From assembly GCA_903888345.1 (NCBI GenBank), contig CAISTG010000004.1, forward strand, positions 6,393-70,392: DNA of 64,000 nucleotides. Direction: 5' to 3'. This DNA is from Candidatus Buchananbacteria bacterium (lineage in GTDB: Bacteria > Patescibacteriota > Patescibacteriia > 2-01-FULL-39-33). Positions 53,563 through 61,642 of this stretch are shown here, piece after piece. The position numbers and the translations under genes are program-made. Position 1 is the stretch's first letter. Every line of letters starts with the position of its first letter. Under the pieces are notes generated by a model. It was not told the origin of the DNA. It made no database searches and saw only the letters and a list, made by a program, of their open reading frames with translations.

Positions 53563-54738
53563 CTAAAATTTTTGCTTAATGGTTTCTACCACCTGCATTT
53601 TGGCTTCTTGCTTGGCGCGGCGAATGGCGTTGGCAATAGCCATCGAGTCAGATTTGCCATGACTGATAATCAAAATACCGTTAACTCCCAGGAGGATGGC
53701 GCCACCAACTTCTTTATAGTCAGAGCGTTTGTGATGGTTCCAGAAAAAGGAAACAAATTTCCATAGTATGCCCATCTTGTCTTTGACTAAATTGAGTACG
53801 CCCTCGCCGACTTTAATAGTGTTGTTGCCCATCTCGCCGGAGCAAACAATTACATTAACATCGTCGGTAAAAACTTTGTCGCCTTCGATGTTGCCCTGAT
53901 AATTTATTTTTCCGTCTAGCGAACCATCAGGGAGTCTTTTGTGCTTCTTATTTCCCAAATCCCAATAAGAGTTGCTATGGAGGAGACTGTCAGCACCCTT
54001 GATGTCGGGATTGCCCTTGCCTGCTTCACCGCCAATATTTAGCAATTTAACAATCGGCTCTTCTATTTGCCACATGGCTTGGGCATAAATTGATCCCATC
54101 AGGGCACAGTTGTATAAATCTTCGGCCGAGGCGCGATGAATCGCTCCCGCATCAAGAATCAGACAGCCATTGGAATTATTATTAGGCAAAGGGACGGCAA
54201 TCGCTGGCTTCACATTTTTTCCTGGTTTGCCCAGGATAAATGATCCTAGCCCGACCATGCCAGCAGTATTGCCGGCGGAAACTAAGGCGCGAGCTTTTGC
54301 AGTTTTTACCATATTGATGCCAATACCCATGGCGGAAGTGCGACGTTTTTTACCGATTGTATTATAGTCGTCATCCATCTCGATCTTGTCGGTACATTCC
54401 AGGGCGAGGACACCTTCGAGTGGATTTTTGAAGATCCGCAAAAATTGCCAACAGCGATCAATCCAACTCAATTCGTAGAATTTCTTGATGGCTGCGGAAG
54501 TGCCGATAGCAATAATTTCCTCCGGTTCAACAAAGTCTTCAATAATGGCTTTTTTGATGCCTCTTTTAACCGCGTCCGGTGCATTGTCGCCACCATCTAA
54601 GTCAACGACAATGATCGTCTTTGGCTCCTCTGGTTCGTCGTTGAGAATTTGCGGTACACGACGGCGTAGCCTGTTGATGGTTCGCTTGAAGACGCCAATA
54701 AAATCTTCCCAATGTTCGCGAAGCTTTTCTTTATCCAT
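53563..54738 (-). CDS. plsX: Phosphate acyltransferase PlsX
   Basis: Blocks VDLDGGDNAP, VSAGNTAGMVGL, LDAGA, NIGGE, VIVCSGEMGNNTIK and LLGVNGILIISHG match PlsX. Carries an N-terminal extension of about 40 aa. Confidence 0.8.
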   Translation of the reverse strand: MDKEKLREHWEDFIGVFKRTINRLRRRVPQILNDEPEEPKTIIVVDLDGGDNAPDAVKRGIKKAIIEDFVEPEEIIAIGTSAAIKKFYELSWIDRCWQFLRIFKNPLEGVLALECTDKIEMDDDYNTIGKKRRTSAMGIGINMVKTAKARALVSAGNTAGMVGLGSFILGKPGKNVKPAIAVPLPNNNSNGCLILDAGAIHRASAEDLYNCALMGSIYAQAMWQIEEPIVKLLNIGGEAGKGNPDIKGADSLLHSNSYWDLGNKKHKRLPDGSLDGKINYQGNIEGDKVFTDDVNVIVCSGEMGNNTIKVGEGVLNLVKDKMGILWKFVSFFWNHHKRSDYKEVGGAILLGVNGILIISHGKSDSMAIANAIRRAKQEAKMQVVETIKQKF

Positions 54739-54879
54739 GATGTTTCTCCTGTGTTTTGATTATTTTAAAGGTGCTTAAGGCTATCTTATCAAATTATGGC
54801 CAAATGGCAAGTGAGATTTTAGTAACTAAAAACCCCCGTTGTTCAGACGGGGGTTTTGCGAATTATATTAGCCGTTTTG

Positions 54880-56157
54880 TTATTCTTTAACTTCTTCAGC
54901 GACCTCAGTTGGAGCTTCGGCTTCAGTAGTTTCTTCCTTTTTCTTGCGGCCTCGTTTTTTGACTTCTTTTACTTCTTCAGTGGTTTCAGCTTCTTCAGTC
55001 TTGGTTTCGGTAGCTTCAACCTTAGTTTCAGCCACTTCGGTTTTGACTTCTTTAGCTTCCTTAGTGCTGGACTTTGGTTTAGCTAAGCTCAAACCTAAAC
55101 GATGGTTTTTTGGTTCGATAGAAACAACGTAGAATTCAACTTCATCACCAGCTTTAGCGATATCGGTTGGGTTCAAATTGCTCTTATCAGATAATTGAGA
55201 AACGTGAGCTAAGCCTTGGATGTTTTTTTCGAGTTCAACAAATAAGCCGAAAGGATTTACTTTGATAACAGTACCCTTAACTTTTTGACCGACTTTGTAT
55301 TTGCTTTCAATACCAACCCAAGGGTCATGTTCTAATTTCTTCATGGATAAGAAAATCTTAGAATTTTCAATACCGATAATTTCGGCTTTGACTTTCTGAC
55401 CGACTTTAACAAAGTCATGAGGATTGTCGATTCTTTGCCAAGCTATTTCGGAAATATGGATTAAGCCTTCTAACTTATCGGAGAATTCAACGAAGACACC
55501 GAAGTCAGTAACGGCCGTGACAGTACCTTCGACGGACATGCCAACTTTATATTTGCCGATAACGTCTTTTTGGGTTTCTTCCCAAGCGGCTTTTTCGGAA
55601 ACAATTAACTTATCATCATTCTCGTTAGCATCGATAACCTTAACTTCAAATTTCTTGCCAACGTAGCTTTTTAAGATTTCATAAATACGATTCTTGTCGC
55701 CACCCGGAACGCGAGGATAGTGCTCTGGGGATAATTGAGAAACTGGTAAGAAGCCATTAATACTTTCTACCTTGATCATCAAACCACCCTTGTTAGCTTC
55801 AGTGATGACACATTGAACGATTTCACCGCTCTTAATATAATCAGCCAAAGTCTGCCAAGCTTTTTGTTTGCCGGCATATTGGAAGGATAATTCAACTTCA
55901 CCATTTTCATTTTCTAATTCTAAAACAGTCGCTTCGATTAAATCGCCAGCTTTTAAGTTTTTGTAAGCATCACCTTCATCATAACGTTCTTTGCCACGAA
56001 TAACACCAGTCATGGTGCCGTTCAAATCGACGTGAATTTCGTTCTTATCGATTGAAATTACATTACCGCGGGTAAGATCACCAATTTTAGGTAAATCAAA
56101 ATACTGCTTTTCATCAAGCAGTTTTCCCATTTCGGAGTTTTTGTTTCCGTAAATCAT
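54880..56157 (-). CDS. rpsA: 30S ribosomal protein S1 (four S1 domains, acidic/Lys-rich tail)
   Basis: Repeated S1 OB-fold signatures (G.V.G.V....FG.FV....GL.H.S) x4. The C-terminal charged low-complexity tail ends KKRGRKKKEETTEAEAPTEVAEEVKE. Confidence 0.85.
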   Translation of the reverse strand: MIYGNKNSEMGKLLDEKQYFDLPKIGDLTRGNVISIDKNEIHVDLNGTMTGVIRGKERYDEGDAYKNLKAGDLIEATVLELENENGEVELSFQYAGKQKAWQTLADYIKSGEIVQCVITEANKGGLMIKVESINGFLPVSQLSPEHYPRVPGGDKNRIYEILKSYVGKKFEVKVIDANENDDKLIVSEKAAWEETQKDVIGKYKVGMSVEGTVTAVTDFGVFVEFSDKLEGLIHISEIAWQRIDNPHDFVKVGQKVKAEIIGIENSKIFLSMKKLEHDPWVGIESKYKVGQKVKGTVIKVNPFGLFVELEKNIQGLAHVSQLSDKSNLNPTDIAKAGDEVEFYVVSIEPKNHRLGLSLAKPKSSTKEAKEVKTEVAETKVEATETKTEEAETTEEVKEVKKRGRKKKEETTEAEAPTEVAEEVKE

Positions 56158-56404
56158 ACTTTAGTTGTAGCCATTAATTAACCGGACCACGGGCGTCGCT
56201 AGAATCTGGCCCAAGCCTAGCGAAAACCTTAATCGTTTCCCAGTACCGCTTTTTATTAAATTGCGGATTTGCTTTAATTTGTAAGGTAATTATAACAAAA
56301 GATGCTTTAAAAGTCAATATTAGACTAATAATTAAATATAGTGAATATATTTTATCTAAATTTAAACAAAAAACTGAATCGAGAAATCCTTTGGTTGGCG
56401 CTGA

Positions 56405-56433
56405 TTGACTTTTTGTTGTTTTACTGATATAAA
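56405..56433 (+). promoter_or_regulatory. Sigma70-like promoter (TTGACT-17-TATAAA) for cassette I9
   Basis: Reads aTTGACTttttgttgttttactgaTATAAAt. Confidence 0.5.
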
Positions 56434-56489
56434 TAGGTATTCAAGTGAATTTGAATACGTACCTAAACATTCAGAACAAAGAGGAGTTC

Positions 56490-56816
56490 ATGGTTATGAA
56501 CATGCAGCCAGTTATTAATGGATTAATTGAGAATTATGATTCCAAATTAAGCAAGACTTGGGTTAATTTACCCTCTTCATTTGCACTTCATTCGGGAATT
56601 GAATCCTTGGTTATGTGTGGTTTTTTAACGCCGGAGGACATTCAGTGGGTTTGGCAGTATGGAAAAATTTCCTTCGGTATGAACGAGAGGCAATTTCGAT
56701 CACTGAGAAGTCGTGCTCAGCGTTACCACGCTGAAAGATTGAGGGCGGGAAGGGAATTTGAAAAAAATAACGCTCGATTACGACAGCAGAACTTCAACCC
56801 CAAAAGGACCTATTAA
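56490..56816 (+). CDS. Hypothetical protein of about 108 aa (GC-rich cassette I9, gene 1)
   Basis: AGAGGAG SD immediately upstream. The start is ambiguous among the ATGs at 56490, 56496 and 56502. C/G-ending codons. Confidence 0.5.
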   Translation: MVMNMQPVINGLIENYDSKLSKTWVNLPSSFALHSGIESLVMCGFLTPEDIQWVWQYGKISFGMNERQFRSLRSRAQRYHAERLRAGREFEKNNARLRQQNFNPKRTY

Positions 56817-56817
56817 A

Positions 56818-57117
56818 ATGAATCTGGAGCTTATTGGCGGTATCGTCTTCGTGTTGTTTCTTGTTGGCGTGACGGTCTGGCTGTTTCAGATGTGGCTGTC
56901 AGCAGTAAAGTGCGGGCGACAACTGTTGGCCCAAGATCAATTGCAGTCGATGCAGGCGGTGCTGGGAAAGCGGCCGAGCGAGTCTGTTCCTATGTTCGAT
57001 GGCGAGACCAGGATGTATTGTCTGATTAACGTAATCTTCGGCGGGCTGACCTGCCTAATGATTGGTTATCTCGCAGTTGCTGGCTTGATTAGTTGCGGTC
57101 TCTATCTTTGTTCTTGA
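56818..57117 (+). CDS. Small 2-3 TM membrane protein (cassette I9, gene 2)
   Basis: The start was set at the ATG at 56818 (MNLELIGGIVFVLFLVG), 2 nt after gene 1's stop. The listed 56758 ORF overlaps gene 1. A terminator at 57133-57172 follows (CCCGTG-tcggacaaaagtgg-CACGGG then a T-rich run). Confidence 0.5.
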   Translation: MNLELIGGIVFVLFLVGVTVWLFQMWLSAVKCGRQLLAQDQLQSMQAVLGKRPSESVPMFDGETRMYCLINVIFGGLTCLMIGYLAVAGLISCGLYLCS

Positions 57118-57220
57118 ACTGAACCTTTTCCCGTGTCGGACAAAAGTGGCACGGGATTTATTTTATCTTTTGGATTGACTTTAATTATAAAAAATAATAG
57201 AATTTGAGAATTAACTATAT

Positions 57221-57538
57221 ATGGCTTTTATCAAAAAACAAGAAGACTTTATCTGTAAGTATTGTGGCGCCGAAGTTAAGGGTACTGGTTATACTAACCA
57301 CTGTACTAAATGCTTATGGTCACGACACGTAGACGTTAATCCGGGTGATCGCGCGGCTGAGTGTCGTGGCGGTATGCGTCCAGCTGATTTATTTTATCGC
57401 GGTGGCAAATGGATTATTTCTCATCGCTGTGAAAGTTGCGGCTATATTAGCAATGATAAAATTAGAGAAGAGGATGACTTTAATGAAGTGGTGCGTCTGG
57501 AAAAAGAAATTAATGATAAAAAAATTAAACGTTTTTAA
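57221..57538 (+). CDS. RNHCP-domain-like zinc-ribbon protein
   Basis: Has CKYCG....TNHCTKC and CESCG Cys pairs. AT-rich native codons. Confidence 0.5.
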   Translation: MAFIKKQEDFICKYCGAEVKGTGYTNHCTKCLWSRHVDVNPGDRAAECRGGMRPADLFYRGGKWIISHRCESCGYISNDKIREEDDFNEVVRLEKEINDKKIKRF

Positions 57539-57653
57539 TTAATTTTAACTTAGTTGGCAAGTTATTATATATATTAAGATTCGGTTTTAGTCTTTAGTGA
57601 TTAAAGCCGATTTTTTATTTGTCGGCATTATATGTTATAATTAAAATAATTAT

Positions 57654-58538
57654 ATGAACAGTTTTTTTACTATTCCCGATGTAATTATTTTAGCCCTGGT
57701 CTTAGTTATAATTATGGCCGGTTTTTTTGCTGTTGTTATTTCTAAGGAGCGCAAGAATGCAAAGAAAAATCGTGACTTATTAATCAAATTACAGAAACTT
57801 AATCAAGAGTTGAAGCGTTTAGATGATGCCAAGTCGGAATTCTTATCGATTGCCAGCCATCAATTACGAACACCAACAACAATTATTAAGGGTTATGTCT
57901 CAATGATCAGAGAGGGTAGTTTTGGTAAAGTGCCCAGACCCATTAAAGATAATCTAGATAAAGTAAATATTGCCGTGGAGCGCTTGCTTAATCTAATTGA
58001 GAACTTATTGGATATTTCTCGAATAGAAGCGGGTCGTTTAGAGTTTAATATCCAGTCGGTAGATTTAGGGCAGATTGCCCATGAACTTATCGAGGAATTT
58101 AAGCCCAAGGCCGATGCCAAAAAAATCAAATTGGTTTTGGCAGTACCGAAAAAATTTCCGAAAACGTTGACTGATCCGCAAAAAATAAAAGAGGTTGCTT
58201 CTAATTTGGTCGATAATGCCGTTAAATATACTGATAAAGGTGAGGTGATAATCGATTTACACCAAGAGGGGGCCTCAGTAGTTTTTTCAATCATTGATAC
58301 TGGCATGGGAATCGCTCCTACTGAGGTGGGAAGATTATTTAATAAATTTGTCCGAGGTGAAGATGTTGCTTCGGGTCATCCAGAGGGTACTGGATTGGGA
58401 CTTTACTTTGCTCGTATTGTGGTGGAGAATTTGGGTGGAAGAATTTGGGCCGAGTCGGCCGGTAAGGGACGAGGCTCTAAATTTAGTTTCTCTCTGCTTT
58501 TAGCCGATAAGAAGCAGGCTCCTAAAATTAGAAAATAA
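57654..58538 (+). CDS. Sensor histidine kinase (single N-terminal TM, HisKA + HATPase_c)
   Basis: H-box SHQLRTP, N-box LVDNAVKYT, G1 DTGMGI and G2 GTGLGL. A TGTTATAATTAA promoter lies at 57628-57645. Confidence 0.85.
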   Translation: MNSFFTIPDVIILALVLVIIMAGFFAVVISKERKNAKKNRDLLIKLQKLNQELKRLDDAKSEFLSIASHQLRTPTTIIKGYVSMIREGSFGKVPRPIKDNLDKVNIAVERLLNLIENLLDISRIEAGRLEFNIQSVDLGQIAHELIEEFKPKADAKKIKLVLAVPKKFPKTLTDPQKIKEVASNLVDNAVKYTDKGEVIIDLHQEGASVVFSIIDTGMGIAPTEVGRLFNKFVRGEDVASGHPEGTGLGLYFARIVVENLGGRIWAESAGKGRGSKFSFSLLLADKKQAPKIRK

Positions 58539-58556
58539 AATTAATAACATAAATAT

Positions 58557-58655
58557 ATGGGGTGTTCATGCAAGGGTTGCGGCACTTGCGGGGTCAAGAA
58601 AGTTGCCAAACCGGCAACCAAAAAGACAGTCAAGAAAGCTGCTAAGAAAAAGTAA
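58557..58655 (+). CDS. 32-aa Cys-cluster + Lys-rich peptide (below ORF-track cutoff)
   Basis: Translation is MGCSCKGCGTCGVKKVAKPATKKTVKKAAKKK. The ATG lies 18 nt after the histidine-kinase stop and the stop codon abuts the terminator hairpin. Confidence 0.35.
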   Translation: MGCSCKGCGTCGVKKVAKPATKKTVKKAAKKK

Positions 58656-58690
58656 AAAAATGACCGACGATTATTCGCCGGTCATTTTTG
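58654..58690. terminator. Bidirectional terminator between the small peptide/HK(+) and thrS(-)
   Basis: TGACCGACG-attattcg-CCGGTCA flanked by AAAAAA and TTTTTG. Confidence 0.7.
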
Positions 58691-60430
58691 TTATCGTTTT
58701 TCAGTAATCTCTTGCTGGATATTGGCGATGAAATCAGTGAGCTTAATGATTCCTTGATCGCCATCACTGCGTTTACGTACCGCCACTGATTCAGACTCAA
58801 CTTCCTTTTCGCCAATAACGAGGATATAGGGAGTTTTTTGTTTTTCGGCGTTGCGAACGCGTTTACCTAAAGATTCATTACTATCATCTAATTCGGCGCG
58901 TAAATCAGCTGTCTGCAAATCGGCTAAAACTTTACGACCGTAGTCATTGAATTTTTCTGATACTGGAATGATAACGATTTGGTTGGGCGAAAGCCAAGTT
59001 GGGAAAGCGCCGGCGAATTGTTCAATTAGTAAGGCGATGGTTCTCTCGTAGCAACCAATTGACGAACGATGAATGACAATTGGACGCTCTTCTTTGCCGG
59101 CTTCATTGATGAAAGTCATGTCAAATTTTTCGGGTAAGGCAAAATCAATTTGCACGGTAATAATCGTGTCTTCTTTGCCATAGACGTTCTTCATTTGAAT
59201 ATCTAATTTCGGACCATAGAAAGCCGCTTCGCCTTCAACTTCTTCGTATTGTAACTTATTTTTATCGAGAATTTTTTTCAATGTTTTTTGTGATTCTTCC
59301 CAAGCTTCTGGTGCATCAATATATTTACCCTTTTTATTGGCGGGATCCCATTTAGAAAAACGGTAAGTAAAATCTTCTAGCTTCAAGGTTTTCATGACGT
59401 AATTAATCAAATTAAGCACGTCATCAAATTCTTTTTCTAATTGGTCCATGCGACAAATTAAATGCCCCTCGGCTAGAGTGAATTGACGCAAGCGGATTAA
59501 GCCATGCATTTCACCAGATTCTTCATTACGGAAAAGAGTCGAAGTCTCATTATATCTGACTGGTAAATCGCGGTAGCTATGTAGGGTGGAATTGTAAATC
59601 ATGAATTGGAACGGGCAAGTCATGGGGCGTAAGGCCAGTTCATCGCCGGAGCCATCAATAATAAACATGCCATCACGATAATGATCCCAATGGCCAGAGA
59701 TTTTATATAAATCACTCTTAGCCATGAATGGTGTCATGGTTAACTGGTAACCACGTTTTTCTTCTTCGTCTTCAATCCAACGTTGTAGAATTTGTTTGAT
59801 TTTCGCGCCCTTAGGGGTTAAGAGGGGGAGTCCTTGGCCAATTGGTTCGGAGGTAATAAATAATCCCAGTTCACGACCCAATTTATTGTGATCGCGCTTT
59901 TCCGCTTCCTCTAACATTTTTAAATATTTTTGTAATTCGTCCTTGGTTGGAAAGGCCGTGCCATAAATGCGTTGTAACATTTTATTTTTGGCATCACCAC
60001 GCCAATACGCTCCGGCGGCACGTAGTAATTTGAACTGCCCTAATTCTTTGGTGGTTTCAGCGTGAGGGCCACGGCAGAGGTCGGTAAAGTCACCAACGGT
60101 ATAAAAACTGACGGTAGATTCGCCCTTAGCTTCCAAATCATTAATTAATTCTTGCTTGTAAGGCTGATCGGACATTTTCTCCAGTGCCTCTTTAATCGGT
60201 AAATCAAATTTCTCAAACGGTAATTTGCGTTTGATGATTTCTTCCATCTTTTTGTCGATGGCTTTGAGGTCTTCGGGAGAAAAAGTTTTTTCACCTAAAT
60301 CAAAGTCATAATAAAAGCCTTCGTCGATAGTTGGGCCGATGGCGAATTTAACGTCACCAAAAAGTTCGCGTACGGCGTAAGCCAAAATATGCGAAGTGGA
60401 ATGGCGGATTTTGTCTAATTGTTCGTTCAT
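58691..60430 (-). CDS. thrS: Threonyl-tRNA synthetase (short form lacking the N-terminal TGS domain)
   Basis: N2 editing-like and class II core motifs. An anticodon-binding domain and a Zn-site HxxxH/C context are present. 579 aa. Confidence 0.9.
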   Translation of the reverse strand: MNEQLDKIRHSTSHILAYAVRELFGDVKFAIGPTIDEGFYYDFDLGEKTFSPEDLKAIDKKMEEIIKRKLPFEKFDLPIKEALEKMSDQPYKQELINDLEAKGESTVSFYTVGDFTDLCRGPHAETTKELGQFKLLRAAGAYWRGDAKNKMLQRIYGTAFPTKDELQKYLKMLEEAEKRDHNKLGRELGLFITSEPIGQGLPLLTPKGAKIKQILQRWIEDEEEKRGYQLTMTPFMAKSDLYKISGHWDHYRDGMFIIDGSGDELALRPMTCPFQFMIYNSTLHSYRDLPVRYNETSTLFRNEESGEMHGLIRLRQFTLAEGHLICRMDQLEKEFDDVLNLINYVMKTLKLEDFTYRFSKWDPANKKGKYIDAPEAWEESQKTLKKILDKNKLQYEEVEGEAAFYGPKLDIQMKNVYGKEDTIITVQIDFALPEKFDMTFINEAGKEERPIVIHRSSIGCYERTIALLIEQFAGAFPTWLSPNQIVIIPVSEKFNDYGRKVLADLQTADLRAELDDSNESLGKRVRNAEKQKTPYILVIGEKEVESESVAVRKRSDGDQGIIKLTDFIANIQQEITEKR

Positions 60431-60579
60431 ATTTACCCTGTTAAATAAGATTTGAATCTGTTAATTCTGGTCTTATTAGATTAATTTGTTAATTATTTAT
60501 ACTAAACCCCTTAATTTATTAAAGTTTCAAAGCTAATTATAAATTTTCGAAAATTTATAATTTATTTAACGGGGTGAAG

Positions 60580-61128
60580 TTATTTGTTTTTTAATAGTTT
60601 GTATTCTGATTTTAACATACTCATAATGATTTCATCCCAATATTTGCCATAGCGGTAGATACTTTGTCTTTTAACTCCCTCTTTTTTGAGTCCACACTTG
60701 CTGTAGCATTTAATTCCGGCAGCGTTACCTTCGTAGACTGATAAGCCGAAACGATTTAGCTTTAGTGTATTGAAGCAATATTTCATTACCGTTTTTAAGG
60801 TGTCTTGCCCGTAGCCTTGGTTCCAATAATTTTTATCACCAATAATAATGCCCCAGTCGGTTTTTTTATTAACTAGATTGAGTGAATGTAAATCGGTACT
60901 GCCGATGTGGACACCGTCCTTAGTATCAATTGACCAAATTATTTGTTCTTTATTATTACCGATTTTTTTAATGTAAGCTTTTTCTTGATTTAAGGTAATT
61001 CCTGTATTTTGTCGACCGAGAAATCTCGTAACGGTTTCGTCATTAAACCAGCGGACGAAATTCGCCGCGTCTTTAAGCGACATTGGTCTTAAAATAACTT
61101 TCTTGCCTTTTAAAATTGGTCCGTTCAT
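60580..61128 (-). CDS. GNAT family N-acetyltransferase (RimJ/RimL-like)
   Basis: Acetyl-CoA-binding motif (NQGYGQDTLKTVMKYCF) and a YxxxGF context. Confidence 0.75.
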   Translation of the reverse strand: MNGPILKGKKVILRPMSLKDAANFVRWFNDETVTRFLGRQNTGITLNQEKAYIKKIGNNKEQIIWSIDTKDGVHIGSTDLHSLNLVNKKTDWGIIIGDKNYWNQGYGQDTLKTVMKYCFNTLKLNRFGLSVYEGNAAGIKCYSKCGLKKEGVKRQSIYRYGKYWDEIIMSMLKSEYKLLKNK

Positions 61129-61152
61129 ATGTTTAGATTAAAAAACTCTCAT

Positions 61153-61209
61153 CCCGAAAACACACCTTGGTTAAAGATATATTTTCGGGACGAGAGTTTA
61201 TTCCCGCGG
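61153..61209. repeat. 17-18-bp inverted repeat with 21-nt loop
   Basis: AAACTCTCATCCCGAAAA ... TTTTCGGGACGAGAGTTT. Confidence 0.7.
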
Positions 61210-61232
61210 TTCCACCCAAATTTCCTTCTTAA

Positions 61233-61308
61233 GGCTGTCATCCTGAACAAAGTGAAGGATCTCATGTTAATCTTAAATGGGACTCTTCGTTTCACTCAGA
61301 ATGACGAC
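61233..61308. repeat. Intergenic repeat copy (GTCATCCTGAACAAAGTGAAGGATCTC ... GTTTCACTCAGAATGACGAC)
   Basis: The 3' part is the reverse complement of the 5' end of the copy at 359-436 (CGTCATTCTGAGTGAA), and the 5' part resembles the same box in forward orientation. Confidence 0.6.
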
Positions 61309-61446
61309 TTATAAGTCGGACGCTTTTTGACGGGCTTAGTACGGCAAGCCGTAAAGTTGACGGAAATTTCCGACAGTCTTAGACAGTTGGTATCTGCCTC
61401 AATCGCTTAAACTTATTATACGTTATTTTATTCAAATAAACAAACA

Positions 61447-61475
61447 TTGACAAATTTTGTCATATACTGTATAAT
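61447..61475 (+). promoter_or_regulatory. Consensus sigma70 promoter (TTGACA-17-TATAAT) for cassette I10
   Basis: Reads aTTGACAaattttgtcatatactgTATAATa. It lies about 170 nt upstream of the ORF. Confidence 0.55.
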
Positions 61476-61642
61476 ATATCATTAGCTCATTGACATGTTG
61501 ATAAGTTTGATGTCCCGGCTTTCTTTTTGTTTAATTTAAGCTAAATTAGATAGAAAGAAAGTCTGGACCATTGAAAGTCCTGGCTTCTTCTTGGCCATAG
61601 TGGTCGAGAATACTGCCTCACAGAGGCGGAAAGACACACACC

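Noticed and set aside
54826-54858. Hairpin AAAACCCCCG-ttgttcag-ACGGGGGTTTT as a terminator for rpsA
   Set aside because: The stem is strong, but the flanking U-tracts are short on both strands and lie partly inside the stem. It is probably a terminator but of low confidence, so it was not listed as a feature.
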